A DNA stretch of 64,000 bases from Vitrella brassicaformis CCMP3155 (GCA_001179505.1 CDMY01000392.1:1-64000); one strand, 5' to 3'. Shown: positions 1 through 13,380, counted from the first letter of the stretch. The notes: generated by a model not told the origin, from the sequence alone. Program-made: numbers and translations.

Positions 1-56
1 ACACGAGGCACTCTGCATCCAGCAATGGATTGTCTGCATTACACTCAGCCAGTCAG

Positions 57-1025
57 TCAGTCAGATGCCATTGGCTCGTCAACTTCCATTGGCTTCTCCG
101 TGTCCATGCCATCCGCCCCGTTGACCACCTCCACCCCACTGCCGCTGCCGCTGCCGCTGCCAGGCTGCAGGAGGTCCGATGCGCCCGATGGCTTGACGCG
201 CTTGCGCGGGAGAGGGCCAGTCACACCATCCACAGCATCACTCACAGCGTATGGCGGGGGGCACTCCGGCTGCCGCTCGTGGGGGTGGCTCATCAAGTCC
301 TGACACACACATGGTCAACCAACACATTCACACCCACTGCACGGGACGAGACAAGATGATTGAGGTCACGCTTGGCTCACATCGTGAGTTCGCTTGTTGG
401 CCTGTGGCACTGCAGCAGCCGCAGCGGCAGTGGCCCCCTGACATACACATGGAGACACACACGCAGAGCAGATGACACCAACAAAGTGCGTTCTGCTTAC
501 CATGCCTGCCGAGGGTCCACTTGCAGAGTGGCTTCCACTCTCATCACCAACGCCATCGGAACCACCTGAACACAACCAGCAGGTTCGCTCCTCCATCCAC
601 TCTCCACTTTCACTCTCACTCTCACTCGGACCTGTGGGAATCGCCTGGTTGAGCTGCGGGATCAGCCATGCATCGCTGCCCATCCGCGCGCGAGCCAGGG
701 CCGCCGCCTGGGGATTGCCCCCGACGCCCCCATCGTCGTGGGGGTCCTCAGTGCTGTAAAGGCCGATGGATATCTCCCCCCGGTAGTGCTTGCTCATGCG
801 CACGTATACCGCGAAGGCGTCGTCTGGTCCGTCACCACGCAAGAGGACGAATCGGCATCGGTGAGGGTTCTCGCAGGCGGCGCTGTCGGTGCTGCCGATG
901 GTGCGGCCGCCCCACAGTGGCGTCCCGGGTCGCTGAGCGGTGAGCTCACCGATGCGGGAGGAGGCAGCAGACGACGGAGGATGACGGGCCACCGTCACAC
1001 TCTCCCAAGGTCCCCCATGGAGCAT
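57..1025 (-). CDS. Lineage-specific hypothetical protein (spliced); C-terminal half paralogous to the gene at 50564-51993
   Basis: Phase-consistent exons: MLHGGPW...AIPT | GGSDGVG...SAGM | GATAAAAAAVPQANKRTHD | DLMSHPHERQPEC...KPSGASDLLQPGSGSG...ASD*. Motifs NKRTHD, MSHPxERQ and KPSGAS.LLQPGSGSGSG recur at 50.9-51.5 kb with the same intron position. Start codon uncertain. Confidence 0.55.
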
Positions 1026-1111
1026 ACTAGAAGATCAAAGGAGGGAAGGCACGGAATGCGACACGCTGCCTTATTGTGATCGCATGCGTTTGTTGCGTAT
1101 ATACCGAGTCA

Positions 1112-2722
1112 TCACAATCTCGCGGAAGCTACGATACTCGTGATAGATGCCTGCAGACGGACAGACAGACGAACAGACAGACAGACAGACAGACGGACAT
1201 CGAAAAGTGAGCATAACACCTGTTCATGCCTCTTACATCGGCACGGAGGGTCGCTAGGGTCGAAGGTATCTCTGTACTCGGCCGGCACTGTCTCAGGTGT
1301 GTGCACCCTCACCGGTATCCCGCCCAGCCGCTCCCGACAAACAACCCATGTCCGACCCCCCCACACAACCTCACCCGCCGCCCCCCGTGTCAGCCCCAAG
1401 TCGCCATCTAGGCGATTGCCGAAGAGGCCATACTGCCGCATGCTCGCCAGTCGGCTGTCGATATCCTCCTTGGTGCCCGCACGCCTCACATCGCCCTCAC
1501 CCAGCTGGAGGGGCAGCTGTTGGATCCGCTTGAGGTTCTTGGCAAGCCGCAGCAGCGCCACACTCCCCGACCAGTCGCCCCCCACCTCTATCACGTACCG
1601 CAGACGGATCAGCCGAAACACACGCCGGCGACTGGCGGACTGACGCAGCGGCTGGTAGTCGATGATGCTCTCCAGTCTTTTGCTCTTGATGAGGCCGTCG
1701 ATGGCCGACGTCACGGCGGTCTCGACTGCACTGCTGCCGGCGTGTGACGTGCTGGCCATGGTGTTGCTGAGCTGGGCGAGGGTGGTGGCCTCCTGGCCCT
1801 CTGCACCGATCCATCCGGCGAGTGTGTGGTGGAGCTCCGGTGGCAGGCCGTACAGCCGCTGCACGAACAAGTGTGGGGTGGAGGGGACGGCACCATCACC
1901 AGCACCACCACCACCAGCGGCGGCGGACGACGACGACGTGAGTGCGAACATCTTGAAGTTGCCCTCCAGCTGCACGCACCGCATCGCATCGCATCGATCA
2001 CACACACGCATCCACAGAGGGCAAGATGAACACACAGCATCCATCCACTGTTGCGTACCCACCCACCAGAGCCAATCCTTTGAGATCCGACACGGCAGAC
2101 TTAAGCCTCCATGGACACGAAGAGCTTCGAGAGCGCACCGCTGGCCATCTTGACTCGAGATGCTCCCATGGGCGACTCCTGCACACACACACAGTGCACA
2201 CACACGCACACACACACACACATGCCGCATTCACTCACACACGTCACACTTACACATCGCTCTCAGGTCACTCACCGCGGCCTTTGTCGCCAGGTAATCT
2301 AGTGCCTCTGGCGGCCCCTGTCACACACACGCAGAACACACAAATAGCGAAGGCATGGCTGATGTGGTGTGTTTGTGCCGCAGGTGACAGAGAGAGAGCT
2401 ACCTGTGAGTGTAGTCCCTCTAGCATAGTGAGAGTGTCGTAGATGTTGCGCAGCACACCAACCTGCACACACACACATGAGGCAACACAATCAAGCGGTG
2501 ATGCTTGTCTAATGGGAGGCCTTTCGTTCGTTGCAGTGACTGACCGACTCATCTGCTTGCGCGTCGCTGCCGAGCAAACCGCCACCTTCAGCGGCTGACA
2601 CACACACACACACACACACATCGATGAGCCGTCATGTGTGTGTGTGTGTGTGTGTGTGTGGTGGTGCTGCCTGCCTTCAGCTCACCTGCAGCCGCCGCTT
2701 GTTGGTTGATCGTGTGTGCCAT
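1112..2722 (-). pseudogene. F-box-like lineage-specific gene with an apparent frameshift near 2105
   Basis: Exons MAHTINQQAAA | AAEGG...ADES | VGVLRNIY...HSQ | GPPEALDYLATKAA | ESPMG...KLFVSME(A*) | LEGNFK...; F-box-like RLYGLPPELHHTLAGWIG at ~1805-1860. The GC3-rich frame hits TAA at ~2101-2103 and coding-like sequence resumes in a shifted frame. Confidence 0.45.
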
Positions 2723-3351
2723 GTGTCAATCACTCACTCACCACCAATTGCTCACCACAACGAGCGAACACCTGCACAACACAGCACAGCACAGACACAA
2801 ACACCGTGGTGTGATTGATGTGCCCGCCGTCAACGAGTGAGTCTCTCGTGGTGCTCACCCGCCAGTCAGCCGGTCTGGTCGGTCATTGATTACTCAAGCT
2901 GTCAAGGCGCCTACCGATCTGCAGTCACTCACACACAAGCAAAGCTATTACGTCCAATCTGACCGCTCTTTCTCCATGCTGCTGCACGCACATGCCAATC
3001 AGTGACCGACACAAACCTGACGCCGAATGGCCGACGAATGAGTGCATGAGTGGGCTCTGCGGTGTCCGTCTGTCTGCAGCAGCGTCGGATGAGAGAGGCG
3101 TTCGTGCGAACCGATGAGTGCGGCTGAGAGATTCTGCAATGCCGAGCTGTACAGCTCTCACTGACGCCAACAGGCTGGATATGGAGGAAGGCGCCCCGCC
3201 CTTCTCTTTCAAAAGCAACAGCTCGCGACCAACAGCTTGCTTTGGCAAGAGCGCCTTTTCCGAGCGTTTTCGTCCTGCAGCAGCACAAGAGGGACAGCAG
3301 GGACGAATGTGAGCAAAGATCGACGAAATCTGTCCTTTTCAACCGATCGAG

Positions 3352-3929
3352 ATGAAGGCAAGTGCGAGGCGATGCCTTGCCAGCCTCTCGCCCGTCGTGG
3401 GAAGCTCCCACGCCCTCAGCAGACTGGCCACCTCCCTGCCACACTACGCCGCCCAGCCCTCTGCCCTCCGCCTCAGCCCCTTCCCCCGGTGCGTGTCGCT
3501 CGGTGTGGTCTGCTGCCTGTCCACTGCGTCTCCTGGATCAGCTGACGCGGCGGCAGCTAAGTCTGAGAAGGAGGAGGACAGCGGCACTAATGGTGAGAGC
3601 CACCCTGACTTCGCGCCGCAGCCGAGGGAGATCGACTGGGACAAGATCAAGGACAAGATCAGGGAGCTGCTGACGGGGCACCGGATGGTGCTGTTTATGA
3701 AGGGCTCCCCTGACCAGCCGCAATGTGGCTTCAGCTCCAGGGTGAGTGGGCAGGCAGACAGACAGGCAGGCAGGCAGGCAACTGCATCGCAGTACATCCG
3801 TCCTTTAAACTGTGTGTTATGTGTGTGTCACCATCAGGTGGTGATGATTCTTGACAGCCTGGGCATGTCGGATTACACCTTTGTGGACGTGCTGAAGCAC
3901 CCGATCGTGCGGGAGGGCATCAAGAAGTA

Positions 3930-3960
<31 letters not shown>

Positions 3961-4128
3961 ATTGACGGGGAGTTCCTGGGCGGCTGCGACATCATCATGC
4001 AGCTCTACCAGAGCGGCGAACTCAAGCAGACGCTCCTCGAAAAGGGATTCATCAAGACGGCTGAGGGCGGTGGCGACACAGAGGGGGGAGGGGAGGGCGC
4101 AAAGGCAGAGGGAGAGGAGGGCAAGTAG
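3352..4128 (+). CDS. GRX5: Monothiol (CGFS) glutaredoxin, Grx5 type, with an N-terminal presequence that is probably mitochondrial
   Basis: [41 protein letters not shown]. One in-frame GT-AG intron at 3742-3837. Arg/Ser/Ala/Leu-rich N-terminus. Confidence 0.95.
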
Positions 4129-4512
4129 GGACAATGGTGCGGTGCATGGCCAAGACACTATGATGACTGACGTGATCTGATGCGCGATTTGGATTGACTG
4201 ATGGGGCCGGCCGTGTTTTCAGAATATTTAATGTTTGTGTGGTGCACGGTGGCATGTCTCGCACCGCACCGGCCAAACCTCTCGGACACACAACACAACA
4301 CAGTTTCATTCAGTCATCACGTCCGTCACGTCACACACATGAATGACCGTCAGTCACATTGATTGGTTCGCCAAGAAGCCATTCATTCAAACCACTCGCC
4401 CACCAACGGCACACAGACAGACAGACCGCCCCACTGCCCACCCGCCCCTCAAGGCCAGGGGAGTGTGGCAATGAATCCGCCTGTCTGTCTGTCTGTCTGC
4501 CTATCCGCCTGT

Positions 4513-5535
4513 TCACTCGTCCTGGTGAACAGTGCCCGTCTCGCTGACGTAGATACCGTCCAGGAACTTCCGGATGTCCTTGTTTCGCACCATCACAGAC
4601 TGGTGGATCAGCGCAGCTGCGACACACAGAGAGAGAGAGGGGAGAGATGGGGCAAGGGACTCTCTGTGTGTGTGTCATGCGCACCGCATATACCTGATCT
4701 CGAGACGAGTTCCAGGTCGGTTCCTGCGATGACGATCTCGTCCTTGACGTTGTTTGACTTGTCGACGGTGCAGCCGTCTAGCATCCTGACGGACCGGACG
4801 ATCTTTTCGCCCAGGAAGTTGCGGATCTCGATGCGAGTGTTGTTGTCGGTGATGTTGCTGTTGATCGGGAAATGCGCGTACACCAGACGCATCTTGTACT
4901 GATATTTCTGTTCAGGGTCACGTGAGCATAGCATCACACAGACACATACACACTCTTGACTACGTCGATGAGGCAAGAACTCTCCCTCTCCCACTCCTCC
5001 CCCTCCTTCCCCCTCTGCTTTTGCAGCCGTGTGTGTGGGTCCGTGCGCTGCTCCCTACTCCCACCTTCATGACGCCGGTGAAGAGGTTCTTGATGTGCGT
5101 GCAGACAGTCCTAATAGCGGCGAGCTGCTTGGACTTGCCCTGCCACATCTCGACCCTGATCTTGTTCTTGCCGTCCTCCTCGAAGAGGTGGATGTCCACC
5201 GGCAAGTGGCGAAAGTTCCGCTCCAGCTCGCCGAACTTGCCCTTGACGTGCACGATGCGCGACTTGATCTCCACATCCACTGACACCCACAGGGGGACAC
5301 AGACAGACAGACAGACACGGACATGGACACGTCCAGATCAGCTCACGGCCCGCTCCCTCCCACAGATCCCGTGCCTCAGCTTCCTCCCCGCCCTCCCTCC
5401 CTCCCTCTCTGCCTCTCCTCCCTCTATCCCATGCCCGCCTGCCTGCCTGCCTCCTTCCCTGTGTCCCTCCCTTGTGTGCTGTATCTCACCGCCGTCAGGG
5501 ACATCGATGGTCTGGCTGTTGTAGAGGTACTTCAT
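4513..5535 (-). CDS. RPL9: 60S ribosomal protein L9 (uL6), 4 exons
   Basis: [15 protein letters not shown] | [19 protein letters not shown]...[17 protein letters not shown] | [16 protein letters not shown]...[10 protein letters not shown]...LELVSRS | [26 protein letters not shown]. Confidence 0.97.
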
Positions 5536-5826
5536 CGCGCTGAGCGAGTGGCTGTCTGCCCCCACGCCTTGCCTTCCCAGCACCACAGAGCTTCCTGAGT
5601 TTAGCTCGCAGATCCAAGCTCGCAAAGGAAAATCAGCAAAAGCGGACAGATGAGCGCGGCAACGTGCTTCTACGGCCTCTCTGTGACGGTCCAGATGCAC
5701 GGCTTGAAAAGTAGCTGCGCGAGATGACGGGCGCGTTTTGTCGACACTAGCTGAAGACCCTCTTGTCAAGCAGACTGCGGCACTACAACGGCCTCAGGCC
5801 TCTCCATCCACTCGAAGCAGCGCACC

Positions 5827-8800
5827 ATGGCAACGGGACAGCCTCGGATTCGCGTCAGTACCGCTCCCGCGCCGCAACAAGAAGGCGCGTCCCTCCCTGA
5901 GCGGCTCTCTGCGGCGTGGGGGTCGCCTGCCGATGCATCGCTGGCTACAGTGCATCAGCTGGGGCTGGAGATGCCCATGGGAGGGGTGTATGAGGAGACC
6001 AGCGTGAATGGCTTTGTTGTTGGAGATGATCTGGTCAAGCACCTGAGTCAGGACCTGGAGGCGCTCAACCTGGACAGGGTGTCGTCCTATGACCAGCCGA
6101 GCAGGAAGATGGCGCGGTTTCGCTCAAGGGTCAGTTCACGAGAGATCACACACTGTTCACCATCTGTCTTATGTGTGTTTTGCTTTCTTGCTTCAGGACA
6201 ACCCCTTCGCCCACGTGGCTCCCTGGGCGATGCGGCCGTCATTCCCTCCCCCTTCCCTCCCCCCTCCCACACAAGCCGCAGACCGGCCACCCCTCCCCCC
6301 TCCCCCACACACAGACGCCAACGGTCTGCCCAACGGTCCAGACTCACTGCCGCGCGAGTCCGACCACCCCATGATGTCCCCTCCCCCTCTGCTTCGCAAC
6401 GGCGGGCGGGACAGCGACCTTGACAGTGATGGTCTGCGGATGTCGTCGAGCGGTCCGAGCATCGAGGGCGAGGGGGGCATTGCTCGAGGGACGACGGGCG
6501 GCAGTGGGTCGCTGAAGGGGGTGTCGTCTATACCATCGCAGGAACAGCCGCCGCCGGTTGCTGCCGCTGCTGTCGCTGCCGCTGAGCCCGCTCCCCCAGC
6601 AGCAGCAGCAGCAGCACCGCTGTACGGGCAGCTTTATGACATGTACCAGCAGCAGCCGCCACAGGGCTATCTGCCAGCTCACCCGTACGGCCCTCCCGTG
6701 TATGCGCCCCTTCCCCAATATGTCGGCGGCTACGGCGTCGTGCCACAGATGGGCGGCATGGTCTTTCCGCCCCCACCAGTGGCTGACGGCATCGGTGGTG
6801 CTGCTGGTGGTGGTGGTGGTGCTGGAGGTGTTGGTGTTGGTTCAGAGAGTGACGGTAGCGACTCTGAGGAGCGGTTTTATCAGATCGTGTCGGAGCCGGT
6901 CGAGTCGTACCTGAGGATGGACGACATCCCGCCTGACGCGCAGGTGACTGAGTGAGTGGGGATGCCCATAAGGCATGCACTGCACTGACGAAACGGACAC
7001 AGAGGTATTAGTTGCCTCTCTCTCTGTATGTGGACATCACGTGATTAGATCCCTGAGTTTTACGACGGTATATCGTTTTCACTGGGAGAGGCCGGCCGCG
7101 AGCTGCTGAGGTACTATATCAGAGCGTCCGGACATGGTGAGTGAGCACAGAAACGAGACAGACGCGAGATGTGAGGCGGACAGAGCAGAGCCATCGACAA
7201 GAGTTCTCTCTCTCTGTGATGTGATGTGTGTGTGGATTGGTTCATTCAGGCAAGAAGGGCAAGACCCTCCAGAACACCTCCATCCCCGACCTCCTGCGAA
7301 TGGCATACGAAACGTCAGAAGACGAAAAGACAACATCATTTTCAGACACCGAATCGTCTGCGATGTTGTATCTCTCTCTTCATGTGTGCTGGTTCACTCA
7401 GAGGTCTGTGGCGCGTGGCCGTGCGGCTCCACCTCGAGCACAAAGGCGTGGCCCCCATGACTCCGGCACACGCCGAGATGCGGAAATACAAGCAGGACCA
7501 GTCCCGCCGCCGTCGCGAGAAGCACAAGGCGGAGCCCACCGATCCAGTGGAGCTCATGCGCACGCCATCAGGCAGACCGACAGTGGCCTATCGGGACGGA
7601 ATGACGCTGCGGCTGGGCGCGGAGGGGCGGCGGGAGCTGCTGCGGCGGTTCCGGGACCTGTATGAGACGCGCAAGGACTTCTTGACGCGGGTGTTGCAGC
7701 AGAACCAGATCAAGTACTCGGACATGCGCAATGCGACACTGGCAAAGGTACGCACCGCAGGTGGGGCGGGACAGACGGGACAGAAGGGTCAGCGGCAAAT
7801 GGACGCATCGCATCTTCCTCTCCCTCTCCCTCCATCTCGCTCTCTATGCGTCTCACAGATTCTTCGTGTGGCGTACTATGCTGGGCTGTGGGACGATGTG
7901 GTGGCCATCCACTTCGACCACCTCAACAGCAAGTCCGCCAAGGACCGTGCCCGCCGCACCGCACGCGAAGGTGGCAACACCAACAGCCCCACCACCACCG
8001 CAACCACAAACGACCACCCCCTCCCACAGCCACAAGTGGTGGCTGGCAAGCCCCTCGCGCGCACCGACCAGCCGGCCATCCCGCAGCTGGGCGACCCCCA
8101 CCTCCCCCAGCCCCTGCCCCCTCTCGTCCCCATCAAGCAGGAGCCCCACCGCAGACGCAGGCGGCACACCACCAAGGCAGCTGAGCTCGTGTCGCCACGT
8201 GCACCGCTGCCCCTGCCCCTGCCCCCTCCCCTGCAGCAGACGGATGCCTACGGGCAGATGGTGGGTGCGGGAGCGGATGGGGATTACCTCTTTACGGGTG
8301 CGGCTGAGGGCTGGTCTCGGTTTCAGCCGCCGGAAGGGCCGACATTGGACCAGCCGTATGGTGGTGGCGGCGCTGCCAATGGGTGGGGGCACGTGAGTCC
8401 GACGAACGGCTATGCGCCGGTAATCCCTCAGGCAGTCCCTCCCTACGAGTACCCGCCCCTTCCCCCCTACTTGCATCCTACAGCGGGTGGTCCCCTGTGC
8501 ACCTGCCCGGTGCACGGCAACGTCGGTGTGGGTCCATGGCATTATGGATCGCCACAGCTGCAATCACAACAGCCACTCTATCTCCCACCAGCACCACAAG
8601 CAGCAGCAGGGGCAGGGGCACACCAGCCGCCAGACGATGGCCTCCCACCACCACCACCACCAGCCGCAGCAGCACATGATGGGAACGAGGAGAACGGTCT
8701 GCAGAACCCCCCGCCCCTTGTGTCGTTCGAGTCCATCGATCGCATGATCGGCCCGATGCCGTCCAGCCAAGACAACAACGAGGCCAACAACCTCTACGAC

Positions 8801-9070
8801 CCCCTCGGCTCCAACGGCGGCATGACCATGGGCATCGGCGTGGGGCTGGGCATGGGAAGGAGCGAGAGCAGCATGGACAGAGGTGTCTTTGGGTCCGGTT
8901 TCGGCAGCGGTGATGGGTTGTCTCGCGGCGTGAGCATCAAGCGGGAGAGGTCTGCCGGCGGCGGGATGGGGTTAGGGCTGGACATGGGTATGGGCAACGG
9001 CATGGCCATGGGGGATCGGTCTGTTGATGAGGGGGACGGTATCAAGACCGAGCCCTTCGGGAGGCTGTGA
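5827..9070 (+). CDS. Uncharacterised protein with two tandem copies of a helical domain embedded in Pro/Gly/Gln-rich low-complexity sequence
   Basis: Phase-consistent exons. Repeat 1: FYDGISFSLGEAGRELL...LQNTSIPDLLRMAYETGLWRVAVRLHLEH. Repeat 2: YRDGMTLRLGAEGRRELL...MRNATLAKILRVAYYAGLWDDVVAIHFDH. Confidence 0.75.
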
Positions 9071-10599
9071 GCGATATGTGCGAGGAGGGAGGGGAGGGGA
9101 CGGGGAGAGGGAGAGGGAGAAGGGGGGTAGTTTGCTCATTCATTTCACTTGTACAATAGTGTTGGTCGTGTCTGGCGCTCGATAGACGCCAGCCTTTTTC
9201 CCATCAGCCTGCCTGCCTGGGTGTTGGACATATATGTGTGTCTGCATGGAGTGATAGCCAGACTGATAGGAGCAAGCAGAGGAGGTGATTTGAAGCCCGC
9301 AGTGGTCTCAACATCACCTCCGTGTGCTTAGCCGGTGCATGAAGATGCTTTGGTCTCTGCGCATTTGCGTAACTGGAATGAAAGGTTGTCGTAACTGAGC
9401 AAATGAGTTTTGATGCCTGAATGGAAGGAAGTGCCCTTCCTCCTGGTGTGGAGTTGTGAAAGGTCCGAATTCAGTCTGTTGTACACGCGATTGACTCATC
9501 AGCAACTGTCCAATTGTCGCAAGCGAGTCTGATTCACTCGTGTGTTTGTTTAAACACCAGCCATGTACTCATCAGCCACCCATCCCACACCACAGGCAGA
9601 CTCGGACATCCATGCTCATCCGATTCAAACTAGCTATCAACACCATCGCCACCAGTGGGCGGTCTGGTCGGTCGATCAAAAACATACCATCACACACACA
9701 CACACACACACACAAACGCGCAGGCAGGCAGGCAAGTGCCGCGACGATGCACGGCACTTCACACGACATGAGCGCTAGGTAGGTCACTCACAGGCACACG
9801 CAGCAAGCAAGACATGAGCGTTATATTGGGATACGGCACGGAGACAGACACATGGATAGGTTTACACCCTCACCTCTCCTCTCTTCACTGCTGCTGAAAC
9901 GAGGAAGGAACTCGTAGAAAGTTGGTTGACGTGGAAGGAAGGCAGAGTACATCAGACAGACAAGCCAAACTCACAGGGAGGCAATCCGCTTCTCCCCACC
10001 CACACCCCCCACCCCCTCCCACCCTCCCTCCCCTCCCCCCACAAGTCATGTGTGTGTCACGAATACGGTTTCCGTAGTGACGTCACGCAGGCAGCCAGAC
10101 AGGCAGAGGCAGAACCAAGGCTAGAGAGAGACAGACAGACGGACAGCCATCCGTGCATGAGGCAGCAGAAGGCAAAAAATGGCACCACATGCAGCCAGAC
10201 AGACAGGCAGGCAGCCATGACCCACCCACAAAACACTCACTGAGGAGGAGGTTGGAGGGGGGAGCAAGGCACGGCACAGACACACCCATCTGCAGTGTAC
10301 ACAATGGAGAAGATCAAAACTGGGTGCTCGTGTCAGCGAATCGCAATACTCAGGCAGAATGCACTGGCTCGTCCATCAACCATGCAGGCCTCGGTCCTTC
10401 GCCCTCCCTCAGCACACCCTCACAAAACAAATCGAGTGCGACTTGTCACGTGGAGGTACGCAGAGAGTGCATCAAGGAGCCTGGGACCAAGAGCAGATGG
10501 CGAGTAGATGGTCAAGAAACTCACGCACCGACAACACAACCAGTTACACAATACCCATCCAACCTCCACCTCCCACCCACCCTACCAGCCATCTCTCTC

Positions 10600-11997
10600 T
10601 TAAAAGACGGCCACCGAGTGATGGTTGTTGTGCCCGTGGCCGAAAAAGTTGTGCTGCGCGCCACGCCACCCCTCGTCATACTGCCCATACTGGTCGTAGG
10701 ACGGCGGGGCAGGCGCATCATACTGATACCGATCACCGTAGCCCCCCTGATGGCCCCCCCAGTGTCCATACCCCCCGTCATGCTGGTGCTGGAAGCCGCC
10801 GCCCTGGTGGTGGCCGTAGTCGTACCCTCCCTCCATGTGGCGTGGGCCCCTGCCACGGCCTCGCCCCCTCCTCGGCTTGGCGTGCATGCCCCTGCCCTTG
10901 GGCGATGTGATGCTGCCGTGCTGCGGGTGGATGGATGGGCTGTTGGGGTTGGGGGCGATGGGAGAGGCCTTGTAGTAGAGGACGTTGATGGACTTGAGGT
11001 GGGCCTGCATCTCTGGGTCGATCGGTACGTGCACGTCCCAGGTGCGGGCACGCTCCATGTCCAACGGACCGGGAATCTCAATACCTGCAGCAGGAGACGA
11101 ACGAACCAAGACAGAGACACATGCGACCATGTCCCTCCATATCTCTCTCTGTCCGTGTTAATGTGTGTGAGGGTGTGTGTTCTCACCGTCGATTTGTGGC
11201 GTGCTGTGCTCTTGCTCTTGCTCCTGCTGCTGGATCTCGCCGCTCTCCTGAGGCACTTCACAGGCCTCATGCACCGGCTGCTGCACGTCATAGCTGCCGT
11301 CATATCTGCCGTCATAGCCACCCTCATACCCGCCCTCCTGCTGTTGCTGGTACCCATAGCCCTCATGCTCGTCATAGCCGTAGTTGCCGTAGTCGGGCTG
11401 GCCATACTCGTACTGCTGCTGGTGGTGCTGGTACATGGCCATGGGCATGGGCGTCACGGGCGTCATGGGTGGGGCATTCATGTGCTTCTCCTGCGCCTGG
11501 TTGCTGAGGTAGTAGTTCTCGCTGTCGTCGACCTTGATGGGGTTGCCATTCGCAAACCGATCAGTGTCGATGTGCACAAAACCTGACACACCCATCACAT
11601 CACATCACATTCAGTGAGGCACTGCAGGTGTGTCACGTCTGTCACGTCCCCCCCCTCCCCCCTCTGTGTATCGCTGCTGCGCTCACCGTTCTTCCAGTGA
11701 AGGCCGAACATGCGTGTCTCGCGGCGGATGACCTGACGCACCTTCTTCTGCAGCCGGATGGCCTTCAGCAGATGGAACTGCTGCGGCGCCAGCGACGGGA
11801 TCTGAATGCGCGGATCCGCCAGGCCGACGAACGTGGGAGCAAACACGGTGCCCGGCGCGCCTGCAGGACACCAGCCAGAGAAGAGACACCCGATCATCCC
11901 GTGCCATGCATCGTTCCGTGTGTCATGTGATGTCCGCCTCTCTCTCCCTCTCACCCGGTGCATTGGCGAAGCCGTCCTGAGAGCCGGTATGGCTCAT
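10600..11997 (-). CDS. Gly/Tyr/His/Gln-rich low-complexity protein with an RG-rich patch (prion-like, putative RNA-binding), 4 exons
   Basis: MSHTGSQDGFANAP | GAPGTVFAP...GLHWKN | GFVHIDTDRF...QQQYEYGQPDYGNYGY...QID | GIEIPGPL...RRGRGRGRG...GGYGHWGGHQGGYG...AVF*. All junctions are GT-AG and in phase. Confidence 0.75.
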
Positions 11998-12425
11998 GCG
12001 GGAAGACAACTCAGGGCTGGTGGGTCCACAACCGTACGTCATCTTGCTTGCTTGCTTGCTTGCTGAATCAGTGCTTCTATGACTCTGCTCTGTCGCTCAA
12101 TAAGCAAGCGGCCGACGAATGGACGGACGACACGGAACAGAGTTTCGAAGACGTGGGAAACAATCGATGACACCTTGCAAGAACTACACTCGGGAAACGT
12201 ATGTGGTGAGGATGCCTGCGGAAACCGTAAGGAACAAAGACACACCAAACTTTCAGGTCAGCGAAGGTTGATAGTCCAGTGATCGGCTGTGGCCACTGGC
12301 GGAGGCTTTAGGGTAAAGCCCCGTGAATGATATTTTTTCTGAGCGTGTTTCGTGCCTCCAAGCATATGGATGAAGATACATAGCACCCCTTTGTTTCTCT
12401 TTATCCATCCATCTCATGAGATCTC

Positions 12426-13380
12426 ATGAAGAAGACCCAGACATCCATCCTCGGCTTTCTCAAACCACAGCCACGGACAGATGAGCAGCATGGGAACCGC
12501 CATCGCCAGCACCACCACCAACCCGCATCCCCATCCGAGTCGGCAGCCGCCCCCTCCCGGCCAATCGCAGGAGCCCGTCTGCGTGATCTGGGCAACAGCA
12601 ATGCAGGAGCAGCAGCAGCACGAGCAGAGGGAGAGGGAGATGGCGGGGGAGCAGCCCAGAGTAAGCAGCAGGCCAAGCCGACGGCCAAGATAGCAGCAGG
12701 AGGGGCCAAGCGCATCAAACTGAGAACCGAGCCCGGCTCCCACCCACAAGAGCCCACCAGCGACGCACCAGCACCAGCGGCAGCAGCGGCAGCAGCAGGA
12801 GGCGGCGAGTCTGAGCTGCAGCTTGTGCGTCGCAGCGCCCGGCTGATGAAGCACCCTGTCGACTACACGGCCGCACTCGGTGAAGACCAAGACGATGGCG
12901 AGATGGATGAGTCATCGGCCGATGACGACGAGCGGGCTGCGGTGAGGAGCCGACGGCAGAGGGTGCGGGGAGCCTGGGGAGGGGGCGGCGTGAGGCGGCG
13001 GCAGAGGGAGGAGGAGAGAAGGCGGGAGCAGCCAGGCAAGATGCGCAATGGTGAGGATAAAGACGGCATGAATGAATGGAAACCTCACCGTCCATGGCTT
13101 CTCATTTGCCTGTGTGTCAGCATGGCGGCCTGCTGTTACTGCATTCGCGGCCCTCCGCAACCGCGAGGCCTTCGTTGGGCCAGCAGCGGCTCGACTGAGG
13201 GACACGGCAGTGACTTGGCAGTCGACCTTGCCCGGGCCGCATTTCGTTGACAAGGGTGCGGTGGTAGAGGAGCCGGGCACAGACCCGTGCGAGCCGTACT
13301 GCATGAGCATTCGCGGCAGGTTCATCGTCGCAGGTGAGAAAGGAGGAAGATCTTAGCTAACGTGTGTGGTGGATCTTTGC

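Noticed and set aside
10153-11586. 477-aa plus-strand hydrophobic ORF
   Set aside because: It is the antisense shadow of the G/Y/H-rich minus-strand gene, whose splice sites are coherent.
11540-11590. GFVHIDT resembling the peptidase M15 motif
   Set aside because: The other zinc-ligand motifs are absent; likely coincidence.
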